Positions 50,818 to 61,952 of a DNA stretch of 64,000 nucleotides are shown here, piece by piece (the stretch's first letter is position 1; each line of letters opens with the position of its first letter). The translations under genes and the position numbers were made by a program. The notes beneath the pieces were generated by a model. That model was not told where the DNA came from and did no database searches. It worked only from the letters and a program-made list of their open reading frames with translations. The stretch comes from Octopus sinensis (lineage: Eukaryota): contig NC_043002.1 of NCBI RefSeq assembly GCF_006345805.1, positions 44,640,001 to 44,704,000 of the forward strand, read 5' to 3'.

Positions 50818-52419
50818 TCTTCTTTTTCTTTATTACCCACGAGGAGCCACACAGAGGGGGGACACTACAAACATTGGGGACATAAAACATCACGATTACA
50901 AAGAATGAAAGATGAATTTTGAAAATGATATTATGAAAGTGATGCTAACCGGCCCCATCCGCTTGCATCACTTACCTGTCCTTTAGTTGTTAATCCCACA
51001 CAAATGCTCCTTGTTCAGTTCCGATACAAAATCCTTCCATCTCCATCCTTTTTTCAAACGTCTCTTCCAAATCCCTCATGATTTTTTCAACCATTCTCAC
51101 TTCATTTACTTCCCAATCCTCCCTTTCACACATTACCATAAACTCGTCCATTCGTTCTTTTCCAATTACTGCATACCTGATCGTTCCTCTCTCACACCAT
51201 TGATACTCTTCCATTTTCTTTTTAATCTTTTCTTTTCCCGTCATACATACAATGTTTGGCATGGGTTCATTTTTTGTGCCTTGGTTGTGTGTGTCTTTTC
51301 TTTTCTGTTTTCTTGTTGGAGGGGAGCGGGTGGGTTCACTGTCTGCAGGGAGAGGGTGGGACTCAGAGGGTGTGATTGGTGCTGGGGGTGGATTGGGGTT
51401 CCGTGTTGTTTTCTTTTCCTCTTTTTCCTGGCTTCTTCCCATTCTTGTGAATTTTCTTCTTCTGTTGTCTCCTTCTCCTCTGGTTTCTGCTCCTTTTCCG
51501 CCTCTCTTTGTGGCTCCGCACCCATTTCTTTCTCTGGGGAGGACAGTTAGCTCTTATGTGGCCCCTCAGGACACACTTGTAAAAACGTGGAGTCTGCCCT
51601 CCACCCACATTCTCATGATTACGCCTCCCAATCTGATGCTTTCTGTTAAGGTCTCCAGTACATCATCTTCTGCTTGTACATTCAGATCCAGTGCTGCGCC
51701 CCTCCAGCCCTCGGTCTTTACCGTGGTATGGAGGATGTCCACTTCATCCTCATGACCGCTAATTATAGCCGCCACAATCCACTCGGCTTCGACGTTTGGG
51801 GGTATTCCCTCGACCCATATTCTGGTAATTTTCCTATTTAAGTATGAGGGCAAAAGGAATACCCTCTCGGATTTCACTGCTTTCGCCGCCATCCTCCTTG
51901 CTATATTCTCACTCTTGAACTGTACTACCACAGTACCATAGCTTGTACCTCTCGTCAGAAATATTATTTCCTCTTCTGTTCTTCTCAGAGCCTTTTCTAT
52001 CCACTCCATATTCACCACTTCGATCTTTCTCTTTCCGTTTGCGTAGACCCTGTATGTAATGGTTCTTTTCCCATACCATTCTCTGCGCTTTGGTGGCGGT
52101 GCTAATTCCACCTCACCGCCGTCCTTCTTAATAAACTTTTGGTAACTTGGCAGCTTGGCTAAGTCCAACTCTCTTCCGATTTTTTAACCTAATTTCTGGT
52201 CCATTCTCCTCACCGCTTCCTCCAATTCCTCCTCAGACGTAGACAAGTCCGATAGGGTTTCGAATCCTCTAGCCGTCTCTCCCATCAGGGAGGGGCCGTC
52301 CTTGTCTGTCTCAACACAGACAGACTAAACCTCGCGCGACCGTACAACAAAAACCGTTTAACAAAATTTACGTGTAACGCAGTAACAAGGAAAAAAATTA
52401 ACTCACGATGAATAAGTCG
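50818..52419 (-). mobile_element. Array unit 4: full-length family A' element, frameshifted ORF1
   Basis: ORF pieces 51566-52168 and 50990-51442. ATG at 52285. Confidence 0.88.
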
Positions 52420-52430
52420 CAATATGACAC

Positions 52431-54079
52431 GCTTCTTGATTCTTTATTACCCACGAGGGGCCACACAGAGGGGACACTACAAACATTGAGGACATAAAAC
52501 ATCATAATTACAAGAATGAAAGATGGATTTTGAAAATGATATTATGAAAGTGATGCTAACGGCCCCATCCGCTGGCATCACTTACCTGTCCTTTAGTTGT
52601 TAATCCCACACAAATGTTCCTTGTTCCGTTCCTATACAAAATCCTTCCATCTCCATCCTTTTTTCAAACGTCTCTTCCAAATCCCTCATGCATTTTTCAA
52701 CCATTCTCACTTCACTTACTTCCCAATTCTCCCTTTCACACATTTCCATAAACTCGTCCATTCGTCCTTTTCCAATTACTGCATACCTGATCTTTCCTCT
52801 GTCACACCATTGATACTCTTCCATTTTCTTTTTAATCTTTTCTTTCCCCGTCATACATAGAATGTTTGGCCTGGGTTCATTTTTTGTGTCTTGGTTTTGT
52901 GTGTCTTTTCTTTTCTGTTTTCTTGTTGGAGGGGAGCGGGTGGGTTCACTGTCTGCAGGGATAGGGTGGGACTCAGAGGGTGTGGGTGGTGTTGGGGTGG
53001 ATTGGGGTTCCATGTTGTTTTCTTTTCCTCTTATTCTCCTCTTCCTCTTTTTCCTGGCTTCTTCCCATTCTTGTGAATTTTCTTCCTCCTCCACTGACTC
53101 CTTCTCTGGTTTCTGTTCCTTTTCCGTCTGTCTTTGTGGCTCGCAATCCATTCTTTCTCAGGGGGAGGGCATTTAGCTCTTATGTGGATCCTCAGGCCAC
53201 ATTTGTAACAACGAGGAGCTCTGCCCTCCACCCACACTCTCATGATTACGTCTCCCAATCTGATGTTTTCTGCTAGGTCCACCAGTACATCATCCTCTGC
53301 CTGCACATTCATTTCCAGTGTCACGCCACTCCATCCATCGGTCTTTACCGAGACATGGAGGATGTCCACTTCATCCTCGTGGCCGCTGATTATAGCCGCC
53401 ACAATCCACTCGGCTTCGACGTTTGGGGTATTCCCTCGACCCGTATTCTGGTAATTTTTCTATTTAAATATGTGGGCAAAAGGAATACCCTCTCGGATTT
53501 CACCGCCCTCGCCGCCATCTTCCTTGCTGTATTCTCACTTTTGAACTGTACTACTACAGTACCATATTTTGAACCTCTAGTCAGAAAATTAATGTCCTCT
53601 TCGGTTCTTCTTAGCGGAAAATTAATGTCTTCTTCGGTTCTTCTATCCACTCCATATTCACCACTTCTATCTTTCTCTTTCCGCTTGTATGTGATGGTCC
53701 TTTTCTCGTACCATTCTTTTCTCTTTGGCGGCGGTGCCAGTTCCACCTCACCGCTGTCCTTCTTAATATACTTCTGGAAACTTGGCAGCCTGGCCAAGTC
53801 CACCCCTCTCTCCTCCGACTTCTTAGTCACTCCGGCATAGGTATAACCCAGTTTCTGGTCCATTTTCCTCACTGCTTCTTCCAGTTCCTCCTCAGACGTA
53901 GACAAGTCTGATAGAGACTCAAAAACTCTTGCCGTCTCTCCCATCAGGGAGGGGCCGTCCTTGTCTGTCTCAACACAGACAGACTAAACCTCGCGCGACC
54001 GTACAACAAAAAGCGTTTAACAAAATTTACATGTAACGCAGTAACATGGAAAAAAAATTAACTCACGATGAATAAGTCG
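52431..54079 (-). mobile_element. Array unit 3: full-length A/A' chimeric element, frameshifted ORF1
   Basis: The 5' half nearly matches unit 2 and the 3' end matches unit 4. ORF pieces 53390-53944 and 52600-53151. Confidence 0.88.
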
Positions 54080-54090
54080 CAATATGACAC

Positions 54091-55720
54091 TGTTCTGACT
54101 TTTTATTGCCCACAAGGGGCGATGCAGAAGGGACATTACAAAACATTGGGGACATAGAACATTATAATTAAATTTATGAAGAATGAATTATTAAATGAAA
54201 AAATGATAATATGAAAGCGATGCTAACGGCCCCATCCGTCAGCATCACTTACCTGTCCTTTGGTTTTCACTGTCACTTAAATGTTCATTCCCAATACGAA
54301 GACCATCCATATCCATTCTTACTCCGAAATACCCCTCCGTATTTTCCACGAATTCATCGCTCATTCTTGTGTCTTTCAACTCCCAATTCTCCCTTTCACA
54401 CCTCAACATAAACTCATCTATTCTCTTCTTTTCAATCACTGCATACCTGGTCTCACCTATTTCATACCATTTATACTCCTCCGTTACCCTTTTAATTTCT
54501 TTCTCGTCTGTCATAGTATAAATGTTCGGTATGGATTCGTTTTCTATGTATTGTTTTTGCGTGTTCTTTTTTTGTTTTCTTGTTGGAGGGGAGCGGGTGG
54601 GCTCACTGTCTGCAGGGATAGGGTGGGACTCAGAGGGTGTGGGTGGAGTTGGGGTGGATTGTTGTTCCGTGTTGTTTCCTTTTCCTCTCATTCTCCTCTT
54701 CCTCGTTTTCCCAGCTTCTTTCCATTCTTGTGAATTTTCTTCGTCTTCTACTGTCTCCTTCTCCTCTGGTTTCTGTTCTTTTTCCTCCTCTCTTTGTGGC
54801 TCGGAATCCATTTCTTTCACTGGAGGAGGGCAGTAGGCTCTTATGTGACCCCTCAGGCCACACTTGTAACAACGTGGAGCTCTGCCTTCCACCCACACTC
54901 TCATGATTACGTCTCCCAACCTGATGTTTTCTGCTAGGTCCACCAGTACATCATCCTCTGCCTGCACATTCATTTCCAGTGTCACGCCACTCCATCCATC
55001 GGTCTTTACCGAGACATGGAGGATGTCCACTTCATCCTCGTGGCCGCTGATTATAGCCGCCACAATCCACTCGGCTTCGACGTTTGGGGGTATTCCCTCG
55101 ACCCTTATTCTGGTAAATTTTCTATTTAAATATGTGGGCAAAAGGAATACCCTCTCGGATTTCACCGCCCTCGCCGCCATCTTCCTTGCTGTATTCACAC
55201 TTTTGAACTGTACTACTACAGTACCATATTTTGAACCTCTAGTCAGAAAATTAATTTCCCCTTCGGTTCTTCTTAGCGCCTCCTCTATCCACTCCATATT
55301 CACCACTTCTATCTTTCTCTTTCCGCTTGTATGTGATGGTCCTTTTCTCGTACCATTCTTTTCTCTTTGGCGGCGGTGCCAGTTCCACCTCACCGCTGTC
55401 CTTCTTAATATACTTCTGGAAACTTGGCAGCTTGGCCAAGTCCACCCCTCTCTCCTCCGCCTTCTTAGTCACTCCGGCATAGGTATAACCCAGTTTCTGG
55501 TCCATTTTCCTCACTGCTTCTTCCAGTTCCTCCTCAGACGTAGACAAGTCTGATAGATACTCAAAAACTCTTGTCGTCTCCCCCATCAGGGAGGGGCCGT
55601 CCTTGTCTGTCTCAACACAGACAGACTAAACCTCGCGCGACCGTACAACAAAAACCGTTTAACAAAATTTACGTGTAACGTAGTAACAAGGAAAAAAATT
55701 AACTCACGATGAATAAGTCG
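54091..55720 (-). mobile_element. Array unit 2: full-length family A element, ORF1 with one early frameshift
   Basis: ATG at 55586 (ORF 55251-55586), shifting near 55325 into ORF 54245-55393, which contains CYKCGLRGHIRAYC. Confidence 0.9.
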
Positions 55721-55731
55721 CAATATGACAC

Positions 55732-57515
55732 TGTTCTATTTCTTTATTACCCACAAAGGGGCCACGAAGAGGGGGACATTACAAGACGGGACATGGGGTA
55801 CATAAAATAAAAATAAAATATGAAGTAAAAGATGAATTATAAGTAATGAGATGGAACGGCTTACGAACCCCCAACTCGCAGTTCCGTTTAAAATACAAAT
55901 GTACATTTCATATATTCCAATACAATTTTACAGTTACATATATTCCAGTTAAAAGTACAATAATTTTACAATTTTACATGTTAACATTACATATATTCCT
56001 GTTCAAAATACAACTTTACATCATATAATTTTACAATTAACAATTCTAATTCTTTTACATTAGACGTTCGTCCGTCATATAATCTAATAGGTCCATTTGG
56101 TCTATTACATCTGGTAATTTATCATACCGTACATAATGCGTTATATGAATAGCATTAAATATCTTTTTTAATTTTGTGTATGTCTCTTTGTCTATAATGA
56201 CGCCTTTTATATCGTCACCATACAGTTTTGGGTTCACCTTCACCCTGACCAACCCTTTCTTACCTACAAGTCTCTTTTCCACTTCTGTATTCTTGATATA
56301 CATCACAACTGCCTTCAGGTTTTTTCCTGTAGGCCTTCTTCCATATTTACACGATTCCAATTGTTCGTTCACTCTTGTCTCCCATTCTTGTTCAAACTCT
56401 GTCCTTGGCCGCTCTCTCGCCTTCTCTTTTACTTCCTGTTCTTTGTATGTTCTCTCTTCTCTCTCTTCTGCTATCTTGCTTTTGATTTTTTTCTTTTTTA
56501 GATCCTTCGGTGGTGATTCCACCCTTGATCTCTTCCTATCTTCTGTTTTTTCCTCTTCTGCACTTGCTCGTTCTTCCTCATTTAACTGCTCCTCCATTCG
56601 TGTTTCCTCCGCTTTCGCTTCCTCCACACACGCATCTTTACACTCCTCTATCACAACCTCTGGTGCTTTTGTTTTTTCCCGCGGGCACACATCCTTCATG
56701 TGGCCCCTCGATTTACAATTATAGCAGATAGGGGGTCTTCCCTCTACCACAACTCGGAGCCGTGTCTCGTCAGGGTAGACCAACTCCTCCGGGATGTTGT
56801 ACAGGTCTCGCACGGTTATGTGTGCTAGAACCTGCACCGTATATCCCCACCACTTCACCTCTGCTGACTTCTCCACCTTCAGTACCTCCACATCATCCTT
56901 GCAGTTAAACAGCACTGCCGCCAGCAACCTTTCCATATTAAATTCGGGTGAGATTCTATTGATTCTCATCCTCACTGCTCTCCTTCCGCAGTAACTTGGT
57001 AGCAAAGTCCACTTATCCGATTTCAAAATTCTTGTTGCATTCTTTTTTGCCTCATTTTCTGTTTCAAAATATACCACCACCGTGGCATACTTCCTTCCTC
57101 TTTTGAAAAATGTGGGTTCACCCTCAATTTCCTTCAGACACCTTTCTACTTCTTCCATTTCCGCTACTTCAATTTTTTTCGACTCCACACACCACGTCCT
57201 GTACGTTATAGTACGCTTCTCTGCACTGCTTTCCTCCTCCTCGGACGGTGTGACTATCACGCAGTCACCCTCCCTCTTTAAACTGTCGAAATACTTTTGC
57301 AAAGTCTTCTGTTCGACCACCACCTCCTCCATCTCCAGCTCACCAGCAACCAGGCCTCTGCCTGCCGCTCGCGCGTAAGTCTGCTCTTGCATTTTCAAGA
57401 AAAAAACTATTCCACGTCCTCCAACGAACTCGAACTCACAACCCCCTCACTCGAAACAAACACACCAGAATAACTCCAAATAACCTATTTTCAAAAGACT
57501 GGAAGCCTAAGCCTT
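55732..57515 (-). mobile_element. Array unit 1: full-length family B element with intact ORF1
   Basis: About 120-bp 5' UTR, an uninterrupted ORF, about 320-bp 3' UTR and AATAAA. No ORF2. Confidence 0.92.
56055..57398 (-). CDS. LINE ORF1/gag-like nucleic-acid-binding protein (RRM-like region, CX2CX4HX4C knuckle, charged region, unassigned C-terminal domain); first ATG at 57392
   Basis: 447-codon open frame with RGRKYATVVVYFETENEAKK (RNP-like) and CYNCKSRGHMKDVC. Confidence 0.85.
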   Translation of the reverse strand: MKMQEQTYARAAGRGLVAGELEMEEVVVEQKTLQKYFDSLKREGDCVIVTPSEEEESSAEKRTITYRTWCVESKKIEVAEMEEVERCLKEIEGEPTFFKRGRKYATVVVYFETENEAKKNATRILKSDKWTLLPSYCGRRAVRMRINRISPEFNMERLLAAVLFNCKDDVEVLKVEKSAEVKWWGYTVQVLAHITVRDLYNIPEELVYPDETRLRVVVEGRPPICYNCKSRGHMKDVCPREKTKAPEVVIEECKDACVEEAKAEETRMEEQLNEEERASAEEEKTEDRKRSRVESPPKDLKKKKIKSKIAEEREERTYKEQEVKEKARERPRTEFEQEWETRVNEQLESCKYGRRPTGKNLKAVVMYIKNTEVEKRLVGKKGLVRVKVNPKLYGDDIKGVIIDKETYTKLKKIFNAIHITHYVRYDKLPDVIDQMDLLDYMTDERLM

Positions 57516-57879
57516 CAATATGACACTGTTCTATTTCTTTATTACCCACAAAGGGGCCACGAAGAGGGGGACATTACAAGACGGGACATGGGGTACATAA
57601 AGTAAAAATAAAATATGAAGTAAAAGATGAATTATAAGTAATGAGATGGAACGGCTTACGAACCCCCAACTCGCAGTTCCGTTTAAAATACAAATGTACA
57701 TTTCATATATTCCAATACAATTTTACAGTTACATATATTCCAGTTCAAAGTACAATAATTTTACAATTTTACATGTTAACATTACATATATTCCTGTTCA
57801 AAATACAACTTTACATCATACAATTTTACAATTAACAATTCTAATTCTTTTACATTAGACGCTCGTCCGTCATATAATC
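57516..57879 (-). mobile_element. Array unit 0: 3'-terminal 364 bp of a family B element, fused to the Gypsy integrase
   Basis: Matches 55721-56084 with 4 substitutions by my count. Confidence 0.92.
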
Positions 57880-60395
57880 CCATATTTGAACATTTTAAAA
57901 AATACTGCGTTACTTATATTGAAATAGTTTGTATTATTAAAATTATTCTTCTGCATTTGTTGTTTCCTTCTTGGTAACAATTTATCAAATACTGATTGTA
58001 CCTTTCTGGCGAACATTAATTCAGTGGGTGACATACCTACATTTGTGTTGGGGTTTGGCGTTATTCTATAAACGTGTAAACCTTTTGTCAGTGTATTATC
58101 TACCAATGATTCGTTTCTGGTTTTCCTCAACGCTCTTTTAAACGTATCTACGAACCTCTCCGCAAGTCCAGTTGACCTCGGATGATATGACGGTGTAGTG
58201 TTATGTTCCATTTGATGCGTCTTATAAAAATCTTTGAACTCTTTTGCTGTAAATTGTGTGCCATTATCTGACACTATAGTATCCGGCACACCAAAATGTG
58301 CAAGTGTTTCATCCAAACATTCAATAGCTACTTTCGTAGGTGGTTTTCTGCACCTACAAATTTCAGTCCATTTTGTGTAGCTATCTACCACTACCAGATG
58401 ATATACCCCGTTTAGTGGTGCTGCGAAATCTATGTGTAGCCTAGACCACGGTATATCTATCTTTGGCTATGGTTGAATATTTACTGGAGGGTCCTAAGCT
58501 GCCACGGCGCATCTCCTGCATGCTTTCCCTAGTTTCTCGATATCTTTATCTTTACTAGGCCAGTAAATATAACTCCTTATAATGAGCTTCATCCTTACAA
58601 TTCCAGGATATCCTACATGAAATTCTGCTAGCATTCTATTTTGTAGTACAACGGGTATCACAACCTTCTGAGCGTACATCAACACATTGTCACACATCGA
58701 ATAGTATTTCGAACATGTGTTACGCTCAGTGACAATTTTTTTGTAATTGTCTCATTCATTATTATTTTTTTCATTTTCTTAATAAACGCATCTTTTTCTG
58801 CTTTACTTTTTATCTCTTCCAATGGAATTGGTAAATTCCAGCCCAACATTTCAGAGAATATTTTTTAATTCAATTTCTGATTTTAACACTGTTATTACTG
58901 TATCTTCTAGCGGTTCGTTATACTTCGGGATTAATCGCGACAGCCCGTCGGCATGTCCCAATTTCTCCGAAAGAAAAAAATTCCAATTTGAAATCATAAT
59001 TTAATATGGTAGTCCCCCAGAGCTGTAATCGATTGGCTGTGTGTGTGGGAACACCTTTTCTGATACATAATTTGTTAGCAGTGAACGGTGATCTGTCTGT
59101 AATGTAAACTTTCTGCAGTGCTAGAAGTTATGAAATTTCTTCACTGCAAAAATAATGGCTTGTGCCTCTTTCTCTATCTGGTTGTAATTTTTTTTCCAAC
59201 GATAGTAATGTACGTGACGCATGTGCGATCGGTTTTACGTTACCATTTTCCAACTTATGTAAAATTACTGCTCCGATCCCAGACTCTTTAGCAGCTGATG
59301 CTACAGTTATTTTTAGTTTCAGATCAAAATTTGCTAGAGATAGCTCTGACGTTAACATTTTAAAAAATGTCTTCGAATGCTTTTTAGCATTCGTCAACCC
59401 AACACCATTTCACATCTTTTATCAGTAGTTTGTTTAACTCATGCATTCTTGGAAGATACATTTGATAGTAATTCGCAAGACCTAGAAAAGCATGTAAGGC
59501 TATTTTAGTCGGAGGAGGCATATCTTTAATTGCATCTGCCCTCGACGGGTCCGGTCATCGTCTATTCCTGTCGATAATTTGTCCTAAATACTAAAGTTCA
59601 GATAAGAAAAATTCCTCACTCAGTGTGAAACCCTAATCTCTCATTTTCTCAAAAACACACTTTACGTGCTCAACAGGCTAATCACTATGTACACTTTTAA
59701 ATAATATATCATCCAGGTATGGAATTACGAATTCACTATGAGCCAACACTGGATTCATAACCTATTGAAAATTGCAGGTGCGACTTTTATGCCGAAAGGA
59801 AATCCGTTAAACTTATAACCGTTGTGCGTGTTTATCGTTATCAGCTTGGAACATTCTTCGTCTACCTGCAGCAATAAATAAGCTTCCGATAAATCCAACT
59901 TAGAAAAGAGTTTGCCTCCATTAAGTTTGGCAAAATCTTCTATGGACTTGGTAACAGATAGTTATAAGTTTTCAGACATTCATCAAATCCCGCCGAAAAA
60001 TCAGCGCAGACCCTTAATTTGTTCTTTTTCTTACACACAGTTGGTGCTGCCCATTGCGAATAGTCTAATTTTTGTATTACACAAATGTTCTCAAGTCTTT
60101 TCAGTTCTTTTTCTATTTGATTTATTGCCGCAAAAGACACAGCTCTCTTTGGTTTAAAAACCGGAACGGTATTTTCTTTTAGTAAGATTTTCACTTTTAT
60201 TTTCGTACATGAGCCAAGTTCCTCTGAAAAATCATCAGGATACATTTTTTTTTAAAGTTCTTAGACGCCTTGTTCGAACTGGCGCGCGACGCATTCACAT
60301 TATTACAGAAAATACTTATGGGCAAATCCCACAAATTAAATGTCTCCATCCAATCTGTATTAAAGAGGTTCATAGTATTTTCTGATACCAGATGA
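57880..60395 (-). mobile_element. Decayed Ty3/Gypsy LTR retrotransposon pol (protease end, RT, RNase H, integrase), 3'-truncated
   Basis: YSQWAAPTV, LRVCADFS and PYLDDIL (RT); ASAAKESGIGAVILH...IAHASRTL (RNase H); HVGYPGIVRMK...YWP...CRRC and VVVDSYTKW...SDNGTQF...YHPRSTGLAERFV (integrase). No LTRs identified. Confidence 0.92.
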
Positions 60396-60402
60396 AATGG
60401 AC

Positions 60403-60454
<52 letters not shown>

Positions 60455-60865
60455 AAAATGAAGTGGGGTGTTGTCACGTATACATTCATAAATAAATAAG
60501 CACAAAGCTTAGAATTAGAATTACAGACGTTATCTAGGGACCAAATCTTTACATTTCCATCAGTATTGTGAGTCTAAAACAAATTGTTTGGAGCCGATTC
60601 TTATCATCAATTTCAGATTTGTGGTAGGATTTCTACAGATCATTGCATCTTAACAAAGCAATCACTATCCCACAAATATTCTGCTAATTACAGCAGTAAC
60701 ATGAACTTAAACCATCAGTACAATTATTTGCGTATCCTTCCGAGATACTTAAGAGCCGTAAACAGCAAAACATTGTGAACGTAAATTCATCAGTTTGGAA
60801 GAGTACATACATTTTACAGCTAAATTCGTGATTTCATGTAAACTGAACTTCGGAGATTCACATGA

Positions 60866-60912
<47 letters not shown>

Positions 60913-61778
60913 TGCACACATGCACACACACACGCGCACACACATACACACACACACACACACACCACACACACACACACACACATACAAACGAGCCCGA
61001 ACTTTCTTTAGGAGAGTGTATCTTTTCTTCCTGTCGAGGAAATAAGTTAGACTACGGCAATGCTGGTGTACTGCCTTGAATTTTTAGTGTAATGGATTAA
61101 CACAAGTACTTATACATTTTTAAAGCCAATACACCACGCAGTGGGTCCAGAAGCATATAGTTGAGAAGCAAGCTTCATGCAACACGGTCACGCCTCCGCT
61201 CATATATACACATACACACACAAATACACACACACAAACACACTCACACATACATATATGCGTATTATCCAAAATCTGCAGTATTATATATTCATTACGG
61301 CCGATCTTACCAATCACTTTCGTGCTAGTTATTCAAAGCTCTGTTAGATAACAATCCGATTATGTAACCCTGCTCTCATCAGAGATAGCGTCAAACCGAT
61401 CGGTAAGATCAGCTGTAATGAATATATAATTTGGTACATTTCGGATAATATACCACTCTATTGACAGATATACGAGTGCACTTTTTCCTGACTTATGACT
61501 CTTGGACGACTTATATACACACACACACACACATACAGGGAGAGAGAGGGGGAAAGAGAATAACAAAATATCCTTGAAATGTTTTTCCGCACGTGATAAA
61601 AGAAAGAAAAGACAGCATACTGAATCATTTACAAACAAACCCTCATACAAGCAACATTGACTAAAATTACTTAAATAAACACGAAATTGCAATATTTTCA
61701 CCAATTTCAATGTTATGATTAGCGAAACACGAAACCGGTCGACTAACATAATATTCTATTATTTCGTGTGCAGTTTCC

Positions 61779-61812
<34 letters not shown>

Positions 61813-61912
61813 TGTGTGTGTGTGTGTGTGTGTGTGTGGATATATATATATATATATTTACCGTTGGCGATTTTTTCCTCCGTCTTGCCTTCCTTGGATC
61901 TTTTTTTTTCCT

Positions 61913-61952
61913 AGGTTCCTGACGAAGAGCTCCGCTCGAAACGTTAAATCCT
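61913..61952 (+). ncRNA. Minimal hammerhead-like motif in a PLE pLTR-like fragment (about 61860-62055)
   Basis: CTGACGA (61919-25), stem II GAGC/GCTC, GAAACGTT and an imperfect stem I AGGTT/AAATCC. Confidence 0.6.

Noticed and set aside
52416-52432. Junction TCGCAATATGACACGC resembles U6 snRNA CGCAAGGATGACACGC
   Set aside because: The match is short and the other junctions diverge after GACAC. No other U6 sequence is nearby, so it is probably chance. U2 (the Keno target) also does not fit.
47355-57879. The array as a host tandem gene family or a CRISPR-like repeat-spacer system
   Set aside because: Units have LINE ORF1 features, a mid-ORF 5' truncation and no introns. The shared motif is only 11 bp and separates kilobase units.
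60396-60800. Search for the Gypsy gag and 5' LTR
   Set aside because: Similarity stops at the (TG)n(AG)n tract. No LTR pair or primer-binding site was identified.
61335-61410. Possible exon ending in GTAAGA, and a minus-strand CTGATGA
   Set aside because: All three plus-strand frames contain stops, and no hammerhead stems close around the motif.
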